A stretch of DNA of 64,000 nucleotides, from assembly GCA_029260965.1 (NCBI GenBank), contig JAJDCG010000001.1, positions 89,221 to 153,220 on the forward strand, given 5' to 3'. This document shows positions 40,756 through 50,360 of the stretch, piece after piece. Below the pieces are notes generated by a model. That model was not told where the DNA came from, did no database searches, and saw only the letters and a list, made by a program, of their open reading frames with translations. This DNA comes from Candidatus Levyibacteriota bacterium. Its GTDB lineage: Bacteria > Patescibacteriota > Microgenomatia > Levybacterales > UBA12049. The position numbers and the translations under genes are program-made. The first letter of the stretch is position 1. Each line of letters begins with the position of its first letter.

Positions 40756-41730
40756 ATGAGCTACTACGAACTAGAGCAAGATAAAGCCATTAGGCAATTT
40801 TTAAAGGATTTTCCTGAACCAACAAAGGACAATCTTTTTATCTTATTTCATAGCCATTTCATATACCCAGATATAGAAACTGAATTTCTAAACAAAGTTG
40901 CAAAAAATGCTATTGATGTAAGTTACGATTATTTTATTTCTCTCCCGAAAACAAAGAGATTCCATTTTTTACGAGCCTTGGGAAAATTAATAGATTCTGC
41001 CTTGTCGTTAAAAATCTGGGAATTCCAGCTCTCAAGAAATGATGCTAAGTGGTATTGGAAAGGTACCCCTACTTACTTTTTAGCATTAACACATTTAGTA
41101 GAACCTCTTGAATCTTTAAGGCACGAAATGGGATTAGTTAAAAGAAAACATTTGTATGAAAAAATTGTTTGTGTAGAGGGAGAAAGCGAACTTAGTTTTA
41201 TAAGGACTATGTATCTAACTGCAAAATATGCAAACTTTGACTTTCCTGTCTACAGCTATAGAGGGAAGGGTGAAATACAGAATTTAATACACTTTATTAA
41301 AGAAAAAAATAGGCAAGGAATAAGAGTTCTCTTATCGTACGATATGGATAGACAGTCAGACTCATTTATTAAGAACATTAAGAAAAAATGCGTTATTGAA
41401 AAAACTTTTGGGTTCAACCAAGACTTCGAAAGCTCATTCCCGCCTAAAATACTAAAGTACTCATTAGATTCCTATATCAAAAGGTACACAAAGTTAAAAA
41501 TATCATTAAATGAAAAAGATGTTGCCGACTTATTAACTCAACAAAAGCCATTTTTAAAAATATTTAGTCAAAAATATAATGTAAAAATTAACAAAGTGAA
41601 GTTTGGTGAGATAATGGGGAAAATTATGGCAGGCATACTATATCAACATTGGAACGATGTTTTTAATAAGCCCATGAAAGCACCATTTAACTATGAAATA
41701 TTTAAGTTTTTAAAATATTTAGTCACATGA
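40756..41730 (+). CDS. Hypothetical protein with OLD-family TOPRIM-like domain
   Basis: IVCVEGESE, GKG and LSYDMD (E...DxD) motifs, FE motif; follows the tRNA. Confidence 0.6.
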   Translation: MSYYELEQDKAIRQFLKDFPEPTKDNLFILFHSHFIYPDIETEFLNKVAKNAIDVSYDYFISLPKTKRFHFLRALGKLIDSALSLKIWEFQLSRNDAKWYWKGTPTYFLALTHLVEPLESLRHEMGLVKRKHLYEKIVCVEGESELSFIRTMYLTAKYANFDFPVYSYRGKGEIQNLIHFIKEKNRQGIRVLLSYDMDRQSDSFIKNIKKKCVIEKTFGFNQDFESSFPPKILKYSLDSYIKRYTKLKISLNEKDVADLLTQQKPFLKIFSQKYNVKINKVKFGEIMGKIMAGILYQHWNDVFNKPMKAPFNYEIFKFLKYLVT

Positions 41731-42386
41731 TGTATATAATAAGCTGGCTTCAAGATAACTATGGCTGGACAATTAGTTTGGTGATACAAGGTTTTATTGC
41801 CTATCACGTTTTCTTTTTATCCCAAAGACTATCAAACAGGGAGAGGTTAAAACACAAAGATGCTATAAAAAATAAGGCAGATGAATTGTTATCAGAAATT
41901 CGGAGAAAGAAATTAAATAGTGAAGTATATTTAGTAAACATTAACAGATATTTTAAAGACTATCCATCCAACGAGAAAAGACGATTTGAAGGATATTCCC
42001 ATATCAAAGCAGAAATAAAAACTACAAGATTTGATGGCATTGAGTTTTTTGCTGAAATGCCAAGGGAAGTATATAGAAAATCAGATGGGAGCCTGTCGTT
42101 TAAGGGAAGCAAGAAAGAACATGTATTTAATGCGTTTCCAGTTGGCGTAGTGCCGTATGAATGGATAGAGCATGTGGACACTGCAGGTGATGAGTATGCC
42201 TATGTACCATTGTTCTACTGTCATTTTAAGGGAAGAACACATTGGAAATTTTGGAAACGTTTACTTTTCTTTGGGTATCCTTACAAGCAAATGCTTTATT
42301 ATCGTCTAAGTGATGTGTATAACGAAAGAAATGATCCGATGGAAATGAAGTATGCCTATATAAACGAACCTATTACTAAATCCTAA
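41727..42386 (+). CDS. Hypothetical protein with N-terminal TM helix
   Basis: ATGA overlap with upstream gene; hydrophobic residues about 13-31. Confidence 0.7.
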   Translation: MMYIISWLQDNYGWTISLVIQGFIAYHVFFLSQRLSNRERLKHKDAIKNKADELLSEIRRKKLNSEVYLVNINRYFKDYPSNEKRRFEGYSHIKAEIKTTRFDGIEFFAEMPREVYRKSDGSLSFKGSKKEHVFNAFPVGVVPYEWIEHVDTAGDEYAYVPLFYCHFKGRTHWKFWKRLLFFGYPYKQMLYYRLSDVYNERNDPMEMKYAYINEPITKS

Positions 42387-42856
42387 CTGACTATAGCCAT
42401 CGCTGGCCGTACTTTCTCCATTTCCTCCTTTAGTTGGTTGATGAACCTAAAATTCTCAAATACCTTGAAGATACGCACAAATTGACTGGTTATATTAACG
42501 TTACGATCCCCGAGCCAAATGGGATTTGCAGGTCGCAAATCCGGGAATTGTGCGAACAAATCAGTATATCTCTGAGGTTCGACCCAATCCTTATACTTTT
42601 CACTCCATTTTTCTTGTTCTGCAAAGGGTATGAGGTGATCATCCAGTTCTATCAATACTTTTTTGTGATTCACCTGTAAGTTCGAGCCGATGTTAAACAA
42701 TACTTCTCTTCTCGCGTCACGACCTCCAACCTTAAATTTTATAGCAGAGCCATAAGCAATATCGATTGCTTCTTCGATTTTTATTCTCCATGATGAAAGA
42801 CTGCCGTGAGCGTTTTCTATCTTGTTAATTAGGGTTTGTTTTGTTGATATGCCCAT
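42383..42856 (-). pseudogene. C-terminal fragment of a large serine recombinase-like gene
   Basis: RREVLFNIGSNLQV..KKVLIEL...WLGDR pattern resembles tails of CPR recombinases; no catalytic N-terminus. Confidence 0.55.
42476..42515 (+). repeat. Direct repeat copy A (recombinase tail)
   Basis: 37/40 identical to 45416-45455; weaker similarity extends about 65 bp to the left. Confidence 0.85.
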
Positions 42857-43159
42857 ATTTTCGTACCTAACTCCGTATCAGCTAAACTAATTTTTTCCAC
42901 CAGGGCATTCATTCTTGAAAGCCTTCTATTTCCTGTTTGAACTCGAAACTCATGAACACGTAATTCTGTTAAGACATTTCGTGCTTCAACCACCGCTTCT
43001 CTGATTGTTTTCTTGAGGTACTCTTTATCGTTACTACCCTTCCTCTGCGGACAATTCAGCCTTTCGTTTCGCATAATTCACAGCATATGCAACAATAGCT
43101 GCAAGTCCTAAGTTCATTAAAAACAAAACTGCAAAATCAGCAAAAGTAAGCGTTATCAT
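42829..43159 (-). pseudogene. Frameshifted, truncated membrane-anchored protein gene
   Basis: TATAAT then ATG at 43159, MITLTFADF...AKRKAELSAEEG stop at 43034; a shifted frame continues GSNDKEYLKKTIREAVVE. Confidence 0.45.
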
Positions 43160-43207
43160 AATCGTATTATAATCCATTTGAACCTCTGATATAATCACAT
43201 CATTAGT

Positions 43208-43693
43208 ATGGAAGATGAAAATGTTAAGAAAGCCAAAGATATAATCTCAAAAATTCTTTATATCACTATTGCTACTGCTTCCAAAGATGGAACTCCTTGG
43301 AATAGCCCTGTTTATTCAGCATACGATGACGAGTATAATTTCTTTTGGGCATCAGATCAAAACGGTCAGCATTCAAAGAACATAGCGGAAAACAACAAAG
43401 TGTTTCTGGTTATTTATGACTCTACAGCAGCAGAAGGAACTGGTGAAGGAGTATATATTCAAGCAAAGACATCCATGCTTACTGATCCTGAAGAAATAGC
43501 ACATGCGCTAGAATGCCTTGATGGACGAGTGAACAAGAAGAAAGACCCCCTGTCAAGAATTGCTCAGTTTCAAGGAGACAAGCCAAGAAGGGTCTATAAA
43601 GCAGTTCCAGAAAAAGTTTGGATAAATGGTGATGGAGACGTAAATGGCGAGTATATTGATATACGGATGGAGATTGATTTACTAGGGAAATAG
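43208..43693 (+). CDS. Pyridoxamine 5'-phosphate oxidase-like FMN-binding protein
   Basis: TIATASKDGTPWNSPV and HSKNIAEN..V motifs. Confidence 0.85.
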   Translation: MEDENVKKAKDIISKILYITIATASKDGTPWNSPVYSAYDDEYNFFWASDQNGQHSKNIAENNKVFLVIYDSTAAEGTGEGVYIQAKTSMLTDPEEIAHALECLDGRVNKKKDPLSRIAQFQGDKPRRVYKAVPEKVWINGDGDVNGEYIDIRMEIDLLGK

Positions 43694-43694
43694 T

Positions 43695-44165
43695 ATGGAC
43701 GACAAGCATTACTTACAACTAGCCATAGAACAAGCAAAAAAATCAGTTGACGAAGATGGTTTCCCAGCTGGAGCAATCATTGTCAAGAATGGGCAAGTAC
43801 TAGCTGAAGGGATTAGTGTTGGCTTCAAGAACAACGACCCAACGGGGCATGCCGAAACTTCTGCAATAAGAGCAGCTTGTCAAAAAGTAAAATCTTCTGA
43901 TTTAACAGGTGCAGTGTTGTATGAGTCCTTGGAATGTTGCAACATGTGCTTTTCGGTAGCAAATTGGGCAGGTGTATCAAAAATCGTATTTGCTTGCAAG
44001 AAGACACCTGAGATGGTAAATAAACTTTATTATGAAGGAACTACCAGTAATTATTTACTTAACCAAAGTAACAGTCATAAAATAGACCTCGTATTTATTC
44101 CTGATTTCGAGCAAGCAGCTCTAGATCTAGTTAAAAGTTGGGAGGAAAAAAACAATGGAATATAA
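43695..44165 (+). CDS. Nucleoside/guanine deaminase family protein
   Basis: HAE and ECCNMC zinc motifs. Confidence 0.9.
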   Translation: MDDKHYLQLAIEQAKKSVDEDGFPAGAIIVKNGQVLAEGISVGFKNNDPTGHAETSAIRAACQKVKSSDLTGAVLYESLECCNMCFSVANWAGVSKIVFACKKTPEMVNKLYYEGTTSNYLLNQSNSHKIDLVFIPDFEQAALDLVKSWEEKNNGI

Positions 44166-44529
44166 CAAATTAACAATAATTATTAAAAAACCACTTGCGG
44201 AAGTTTTTGCATTTTGTATTACGCCACCAAAGGCAAAACTCTGGGTGCCAAATATTATCGATGAAAAAACAAATGAGTCGCCAATTAAAGTTGGGACTGT
44301 TTATACAGAATATAAGGATGACAAGACCTCATTTAACATAATCGTTACCGATTACAGGGAGAATGATTACATCGAGTGGAAAACAGAGGATGGGAATTAT
44401 CATGTTAGATATACGTTTACATCGATTGACCAAAATACTACACAACTTGAATATGTTGAAACTGGAAATGTTGATGAGCCTTTTACTCAAGAGGTTTTGG
44501 AGAAACTTAAGGTTGTCATAGAAAGTTAA
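44155..44529 (+). CDS. SRPBCC (polyketide cyclase-like) family protein
   Basis: I.I.KP..EVFAF...W, YTF....T.L and C-terminal LEKLK..IE helix. Confidence 0.75.
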   Translation: MEYNKLTIIIKKPLAEVFAFCITPPKAKLWVPNIIDEKTNESPIKVGTVYTEYKDDKTSFNIIVTDYRENDYIEWKTEDGNYHVRYTFTSIDQNTTQLEYVETGNVDEPFTQEVLEKLKVVIES

Positions 44530-44666
44530 ATTGAGAGCAATGTTTTTGTCTGTTGCATAACAACATCAGGATAATCAATAATCTCTAACCAGTTGGAGCC
44601 GTAGAAATCGTTCCACTTGGGGAGCATAATTAATTTGGCCTTGAAATTAATCAACCCAGTTAATAT

Positions 44667-45305
44667 TTAATATAGCCTTTGGCTACATGAGGCAGACCCA
44701 AGCCATGTATGTGGATTGCCATCCCAACACCACCCAAGATTTGGTTGTTTTTTTGAATTTAGCCATATAGCTGGAACTCTTTTATTCCCTTTGCATCGAG
44801 ATGCTAAAAGCGAAAAGCAATTATTTTTCATCAAAAATTTAGGATAGTGAGTAATGATTGCAACTCCCTCATCAATGGTTAATGGGAAACGACTATCTTT
44901 AGCTATTAAGTCAAATGCTTCATTTGGTGGGAGATTTATGTTTAGTTTCCCTCTGTCTATGTTGAGACACATATAAACGTTTTGTTTTGGAATAGGTACA
45001 TCCTTTATTGGACTGAAATTTCTGGGTTCATGTGGGTAGAGTTTTATTATTCCATCTTTGCCGTCTTTGCTGGCGTGTGTCATGGCAAACTCCGTCGAGA
45101 CAAATTTGTTTGATACGACAATTACAAAAGGTAGTGTGCCTTTTTCGTAATCAATATCATATGTTGCTGAGTCCACCTTCATTATAAGTGGTTCTACTAT
45201 AGCCTTGAATTTCTCTCTGGATAAATTTGCTGCTTCGGGGTAGCCGTTATCCAGCAAATTATCCAGCTGTCGTTTAAACTCCAAATGTAATATGTCTTGT
45301 TTCAT
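44667..45305 (-). CDS. DUF5701 family protein
   Basis: PLTIDEG, SR...RVPAIW, LGWCWDGNPHTWLGSASC motifs. Confidence 0.8.
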   Translation of the reverse strand: MKQDILHLEFKRQLDNLLDNGYPEAANLSREKFKAIVEPLIMKVDSATYDIDYEKGTLPFVIVVSNKFVSTEFAMTHASKDGKDGIIKLYPHEPRNFSPIKDVPIPKQNVYMCLNIDRGKLNINLPPNEAFDLIAKDSRFPLTIDEGVAIITHYPKFLMKNNCFSLLASRCKGNKRVPAIWLNSKKQPNLGWCWDGNPHTWLGSASCSQRLY

Positions 45306-45415
45306 ATATAAATAATAGCATTTATCCCTGTATAGGAACTACTACTGGCTTCACTTTGTTCATTTTTTCTTAGTTGGCCAGTAAACTTGAAATCTTCAAA
45401 CATCTTGAATATGCA

Positions 45416-45455
45416 CACAAATTTACTGGTTATATTAACCTTACGATCCTCGAGC
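45416..45455 (+). repeat. Direct repeat copy B (orphan recombinase tail)
   Basis: Minus strand reads LEDRKVNITSKFVCIFKMFEDFKF, matching LGDRNVNITSQFVRIFKVFENFRF of 42383-42856. Confidence 0.85.
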
Positions 45456-45493
45456 TCAACCAAAAGTTCCTAAAGTGTGTTAGAATAAATAAA

Positions 45494-45994
45494 ATGAGTA
45501 AACTAATTACATGCATTTGGTTTGCGGGCAATGACGGAGAAGAGGCAGCAAACTACTACATAGATACTTTTAATTCTGCACCAGGTGATCACAGTGCAAA
45601 AATAGGAGATATTACAAAATCTCCTAAAGCATCAGAAGAAGTTTCCGGAAGACCTGAAGGATCTGTTATGACAGCTGAATACGAGCTTGATGGAATAAGC
45701 TTCATGGCTCTCAATGGTGGTCCTGTTGATCAATTCAAACTTAACGGCGCAACTTCATATATTGTGGAGTGCGAAACACAAGAAGAAATTGATTTCTTCT
45801 GGGAAAAACTTTCAGCAGATCCTGAAGCTGGACAATGCGGATGGTGTCAAGACCGCTTCGGTGTCACATGGCAAATAGTTCCAAGGATTTTGGATGAACT
45901 GATGAGAGATCCTCAAAAAGCTGAGGCAGTAACCGCTGCTTTTATGCCAATGAAGAAAATTGACCTTGAAACAATCCGAAAAGCCGGCGAATAA
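45494..45994 (+). CDS. VOC family protein (PhnB-like)
   Basis: ITCIWF, FMALNGG, QCGWCQDRFGVTWQIVP, MKKID motifs. Confidence 0.9.
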   Translation: MSKLITCIWFAGNDGEEAANYYIDTFNSAPGDHSAKIGDITKSPKASEEVSGRPEGSVMTAEYELDGISFMALNGGPVDQFKLNGATSYIVECETQEEIDFFWEKLSADPEAGQCGWCQDRFGVTWQIVPRILDELMRDPQKAEAVTAAFMPMKKIDLETIRKAGE

Positions 45995-46128
45995 AGCCGT
46001 TGCTATAGAAGAGTATTTATGAAATAGCTTCTAACTATCATAAAAAGAATGATTCGGTTTTATTTTGCCTACCTAAGTACTCCCCAAATCCAGCCCGTAG
46101 GATAATAAATTTTTGCTATACTTTATTT

Positions 46129-46485
46129 ATGAAAATTAGAACAGTTGATGAATATATTGCAAATGCTCCGAAACAAATACAAAGCAGGCTCAAAGAGTTA
46201 CGTTCTGCTATCAAATCCGCAGCACCAAAAGCTTCAGAAAAAATAAGTTATGGCATGCCTTATTACAGTTACAAAGGAAGGCTTATTTATTTTGGTTTTG
46301 CTAAAAATCACATTGGGATTTATACTATGCCACCCATTGTTGAGGAATTTGGTAAGGAGCTCAAAAAATACCAGACAGGTAAAGCAACCATCCGTCTGCC
46401 TCTTGATGAAAATTTACCGATTGAGTTAATCAAAAAACTAGTTAAAGCCAGAGTAAAATTTAACGACAATGCGAAAAAATCCTAA
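46129..46485 (+). CDS. DUF1801 (YdhG-like) protein
   Basis: TVDEYI, EKISYGMP, KNHIG.Y, LP.ELIKKLV motifs. Confidence 0.9.
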   Translation: MKIRTVDEYIANAPKQIQSRLKELRSAIKSAAPKASEKISYGMPYYSYKGRLIYFGFAKNHIGIYTMPPIVEEFGKELKKYQTGKATIRLPLDENLPIELIKKLVKARVKFNDNAKKS

Positions 46486-46503
46486 ATAGTATATAATACA
46501 CTT

Positions 46504-46635
46504 ATGGCAAAAAGAGATACAGGAGTTGGAAAAAAAAGGAATAAATTAAAAAGACCTCACAAAACAGCAAAAAGGCTGGATGCTAAAAAAGTCATGCTTG
46601 CTGCCAAAAAACCCGCAAAAAGAAGGACAAAATAA
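46504..46635 (+). CDS. Small very basic protein (43 aa, not in ORF track)
   Basis: MAKRDTGVGKKRNKLKRPHKTAKRLDAKKVMLAAKKPAKRRTK; TATAAT 6 nt before the ATG. Confidence 0.7.
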   Translation: MAKRDTGVGKKRNKLKRPHKTAKRLDAKKVMLAAKKPAKRRTK

Positions 46636-46656
46636 CTCCTCTGATATAATGGCTGG

Positions 46657-47052
46657 ATGAAGACAATAGTCTCATCAGACAAGATTTACGTTTCCGTTTC
46701 AAAAATCCCTGACTCTGGTCGTGGAGTATTTGCTAGAGTTGATATCAAAAAAGGAGAAATTATCGAGACCTGTCCTCTGATAGAAATACCAGTAAATGAT
46801 TTTGCAAACATAAATCAAAGCTTTCTAGTAACGTACTTTTTTTCATTTGGAGCCAAAAAAGAAACACTAGCAATAGCCCTTGGTTTTGGCGCTATTTATA
46901 ACCATACCTATACTCCAAATGCTACTTATAAAAAGGTGTCAGGTGAAAGCATTATGAAATTTATTGCGCTTAAAAACATCAAAAAGCACCAAGAAATAAC
47001 CGTAAATTATAACAACGGTGATCCAACAGACACCACCCCTCTCTGGTTTTAG
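46657..47052 (+). CDS. SET domain protein
   Basis: GRGVFA..DIKKGE, YNH..PN and EITVNY motifs. Confidence 0.9.
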   Translation: MKTIVSSDKIYVSVSKIPDSGRGVFARVDIKKGEIIETCPLIEIPVNDFANINQSFLVTYFFSFGAKKETLAIALGFGAIYNHTYTPNATYKKVSGESIMKFIALKNIKKHQEITVNYNNGDPTDTTPLWF

Positions 47053-47102
47053 TAATTAATTTTCTTACAAAAAACTTACATTTATGATATAGAATTATAT
47101 TT

Positions 47103-47996
47103 ATGTCAAATAAAAAAATTGTCCCTCATCTATGGTTTGATACTCAGGCTGTTGAAGCAGCTGATTTTTATGTATCGACATTTGGTGAAGGATCAAAAGT
47201 TACCAACAAGTATAAACTTCACAATACGCCATCAGGAGATGTAGACACAGTGAGCTTCAATCTCTTGGGAATAGATTTTATGGCAATTTCAGCTGGACCT
47301 TTTTTCAAATTTAATCCATCAATTTCATTTATTGTTGGCTGCGAAACCAAAGAGGAGGTAAATAGACTCTGGGAAAAATTATCAGAAGGCGGAAAGACGC
47401 TTATGCCTCTTGATAAATATCCATTTTCTGAACGCTTTGGCTGGATTCAGGATAAATTTGGCCTTTCATGGCAGCTAATCTTTACACATCCTGAGGGTGA
47501 TCAAAGACCCAGAATTGTCCCAGCTCTTCTTTTTACAAATGAAGTTTCTGGAAAGGCAGATGAGGCGATTAGGTTCTATTTATCTGTTTTTAAAGATTCC
47601 AAGATGGGCAGCAAAATGACTTACGGACCAGATCAAAAACCAGAAAAAGAAGGAAATATCATGTTTGCTGACTTCCAGCTTTTTGACACATGGATGGCTG
47701 CAATGGATAGCTCTCTAGATCACAAATTCAATTTCGGTGAAGCAATCTCATTTATCCTTAACTGTGATACGCAGGAAGAAATAGATTATTATTGGGAGAA
47801 ATTATCTTTTGTTCCAGAATCAGAGCAATGCGGCTGGCTCAAGGATAAGTATGGTATCAGCTGGCAGATTATTCCAAAGATTCTTGACGAGATGCTTGAG
47901 AAAGGTAGCAAAGAGCAGGCAGAACGTGTCACACAAGCCTTTCTTAAAATGAAAAAATTTGATATCAAAAAACTCAAAAAGGCTTATACTAAATAA
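47103..47996 (+). CDS. Tandem VOC/PhnB-like protein
   Basis: Two repeats ending [12 protein letters not shown] and [12 protein letters not shown]. Confidence 0.9.
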   Translation: MSNKKIVPHLWFDTQAVEAADFYVSTFGEGSKVTNKYKLHNTPSGDVDTVSFNLLGIDFMAISAGPFFKFNPSISFIVGCETKEEVNRLWEKLSEGGKTLMPLDKYPFSERFGWIQDKFGLSWQLIFTHPEGDQRPRIVPALLFTNEVSGKADEAIRFYLSVFKDSKMGSKMTYGPDQKPEKEGNIMFADFQLFDTWMAAMDSSLDHKFNFGEAISFILNCDTQEEIDYYWEKLSFVPESEQCGWLKDKYGISWQIIPKILDEMLEKGSKEQAERVTQAFLKMKKFDIKKLKKAYTK

Positions 47997-47997
47997 T

Positions 47998-48384
47998 ATG
48001 TTTAAAAATACACCTGCATTCAGTGGATTTTCAGTTGACAACCTTGAGAAAGCAAGAAAATTTTATGGTGATACACTTGGAGTAAATGTCGATAAGGATG
48101 ACATGGGATTGTATCTTAATCTAAAGGGAGCAGGCAAGATATTTGTTTACGAAAAAGAAAATCATATACCTGCAACATTTACACTTCTTAATTTTATAGT
48201 TCCAGATATAAACAAAGCAGTTGATGAATTATCAAAAAAAGGGATAAGATTTGAACACTACACAGGTGATATGGCAACAGATGAAAAAGGGATTCTTCGA
48301 GGGATTGCAGCCAACATGGGCCCTGATATTGCCTGGTTCAAAGATCCAGCTGGTAATTTTCTTTCAGTACTTCAAGAAAAATAA
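47998..48384 (+). CDS. VOC/glyoxalase family protein
   Basis: FSVDNLEKARKFY and AWFKDPAGN motifs. Confidence 0.9.
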   Translation: MFKNTPAFSGFSVDNLEKARKFYGDTLGVNVDKDDMGLYLNLKGAGKIFVYEKENHIPATFTLLNFIVPDINKAVDELSKKGIRFEHYTGDMATDEKGILRGIAANMGPDIAWFKDPAGNFLSVLQEK

Positions 48385-48430
48385 TCTCATTTAATCTCTC
48401 CAATATCTATGCTAGAGTATATACATACCT

Positions 48431-48922
48431 ATGGTTGATCAAATAAATAATCAGGAGAGTGAAAAAATGCATGAAATTGAAGAAGCAGCAGAAAAAATAT
48501 CTGATGAACTGCATGTAGAATTACCAGCTAAGGGACTTCTCTTTCCAATCAGAATAATCGCGCTTTTTGCGCTTCTTGGCGGTCTTGGGATAATTGGATC
48601 AGGATTTGCTGATATCCTTGATGCGACAAAAAACAATGTTTGGGTATATATATTTCGAACCTCAGTTGGGATATTGGCACTTGCTGCAGCTTATGGAATA
48701 ATTGAGCACAAAAGATGGGCGATTTGGTTTTTTGGATTGATTGTTTTCATGGGTCTTGTTATAAACCCAATTATTACGCTCTTTCCCCTGGCAGCTTTTA
48801 TCTATTTATTTACAAAACGAGAACTTTTTGAACCTTCAAGATTTGATAAACTTCTTGATTTAGTCTGGCAGGCAATAAGAGAAAAGATTCAAAAACAAAA
48901 ACCAACAGATAATTTATCATAG
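48431..48922 (+). CDS. Hypothetical membrane protein
   Basis: Several hydrophobic segments. Confidence 0.7.
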   Translation: MVDQINNQESEKMHEIEEAAEKISDELHVELPAKGLLFPIRIIALFALLGGLGIIGSGFADILDATKNNVWVYIFRTSVGILALAAAYGIIEHKRWAIWFFGLIVFMGLVINPIITLFPLAAFIYLFTKRELFEPSRFDKLLDLVWQAIREKIQKQKPTDNLS

Positions 48923-48961
48923 CTCTTACTTGCTGAGGGTCTTGATATACTGTATTTACTT

Positions 48962-49159
48962 ATGCAATTTCTTGGTCTTACATTTCAAGTTACTGGCGAG
49001 GTCATGATAGGGCTTACTGCTATCATGGTGCATCGAAGGGTCTGGAAAGAACACAAAATAGATCCTGCAGTTTATAAAGAGATGAGAAGGGAACAAACCG
49101 TGGGGATACTTGGAATTTCTTTTTTAATAATCGGGTATTTCTTGCAGATTCTCTTTTAA
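48962..49159 (+). CDS. Small membrane protein
   Basis: Two TM helices around a charged loop; TATACT upstream. Confidence 0.65.
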   Translation: MQFLGLTFQVTGEVMIGLTAIMVHRRVWKEHKIDPAVYKEMRREQTVGILGISFLIIGYFLQILF

Positions 49160-49161
49160 TC

Positions 49162-49482
49162 TTATTTTTTTCCTTTTCTTCTTGATTCTGATCTGTATTG
49201 CATTTGAGCTGTTAACTCCTCAATTACAGACACCACTAATCCATATACAATGAGCGCGAAAAGCGCTGAAAATTCTATCACAAATCCTCCCTTAATTGCA
49301 GGTGATGGGAACATGCCAGTAAAAGGTGTGAGGAGCGGAGCGCTTGTCTCATAAACCCATTTAACAAATGGCGCACTTTGATTGGCTCCGAAAAATTTGA
49401 GCACCACCCGGAGTCCGACGATAAGTCCGATAAACCACAAAACCCAATTTACAAGTCTGAGTAACATTGTTGATGCATTCAT
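49162..49482 (-). CDS. YggT family membrane protein
   Basis: LRVVLK..GAN...FV.WVY..S.PLL.PF pattern. Confidence 0.85.
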   Translation of the reverse strand: MNASTMLLRLVNWVLWFIGLIVGLRVVLKFFGANQSAPFVKWVYETSAPLLTPFTGMFPSPAIKGGFVIEFSALFALIVYGLVVSVIEELTAQMQYRSESRRKGKK

Positions 49483-49559
49483 AATTGTAATTTATAAAAT
49501 TTTATTTTTCTTGTCAAGATATTTATATAAACTTATTTCAGTTCTGCTATAATTTCCTC

Positions 49560-50083
49560 ATGGATACCAACCTCCGCCAACTCTTCAAAGATAAATTACA
49601 TGGAGCGCATGATTATTCACACATCAAACGGATTTTGCGATACGGTGAGCAAATTAACTCAGTCTATAAGGGTAAGTGGAGAATTTTGAAGCCGCACTTT
49701 TGCTTCACGAAATAACAAAGAATAACCTTCCAAGCATAAAAAAATATTTACCCGAGTTTACTAATGATGAGGTGGAGAAGGTTACATATTGCATCAGACA
49801 CCATTATGATTTTGTAGATAAGCCGACAACACTTGAGGGCAAAATAGTGCAAGACTGCGACATAATAGATATGCTTGGTGCTGTGGGAGTCGCAAGAGGC
49901 TTTATGTCATCGGGTGAGCGCGGGCTTGATCTGGTAGAGGGTAAGAAAGAGTATAAAAAGAAAAGGCTAAGCGTAATAGATCATCTGAATCTTGAAGAAT
50001 CAAAAAAGATTGCTGAAGAAAGAGCGGAGTTAACGAAATTATTTTTCAAGAAGATAGATGAAGAGATGAGTGCAATATATTGA
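49560..50083 (+). pseudogene. HD-domain protein split by a single frameshift
   Basis: Frame from ATG 49560 has HDYSHIKRI; the other frame has AALLLHE, HH and QDCD..D motifs; switch near 49680-49690. Confidence 0.75.
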
Positions 50084-50117
50084 CAAGTGGGGCCTTATGT
50101 TATAACATGGTTATAAT
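50080..50117 (+). promoter_or_regulatory. Toxin-antitoxin promoter with palindromic operator
   Basis: TTGACA(50080)-N17-TAACAT overlapped by atgttataacat (50097-50108) and a second gttataat. Confidence 0.65.
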
Positions 50118-50360
50118 ATGCAACAGACTGTAATAAAAGTCGGAAATTCTCTTGCTGTAACTGTTCCCAGCACTTTTGCAAAAGAAAGGAAACTCAAGGC
50201 TGGTCAGAAAGTATTTGTTCAGGCAGATTCTGATTCTGATATTATGCAGGTAAGCACAGAACAAAACCCTGATACAAGTATGAGTCCGGAATTTTTGAGT
50301 TGGCTTAAAAAATTTAATGCAAAATATAAGAAAGGCCTCACAGAGCTTGCCAAAAAGTGA
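50118..50360 (+). CDS. AbrB/MazE family antitoxin
   Basis: VIKVGNSLAVTVP swapped-hairpin motif; upstream of Doc. Confidence 0.88.
   Translation: MQQTVIKVGNSLAVTVPSTFAKERKLKAGQKVFVQADSDSDIMQVSTEQNPDTSMSPEFLSWLKKFNAKYKKGLTELAKK

Noticed and set aside
45374-45493. N-terminal extension of the VOC ORF
   Set aside because: It is the opposite strand of the orphan recombinase tail; the family start is the ATG at 45494
46076-46100. tactcccc, resembling an inverted tRNA-end att core
   Set aside because: Match too short, wrong orientation and no tail ORF
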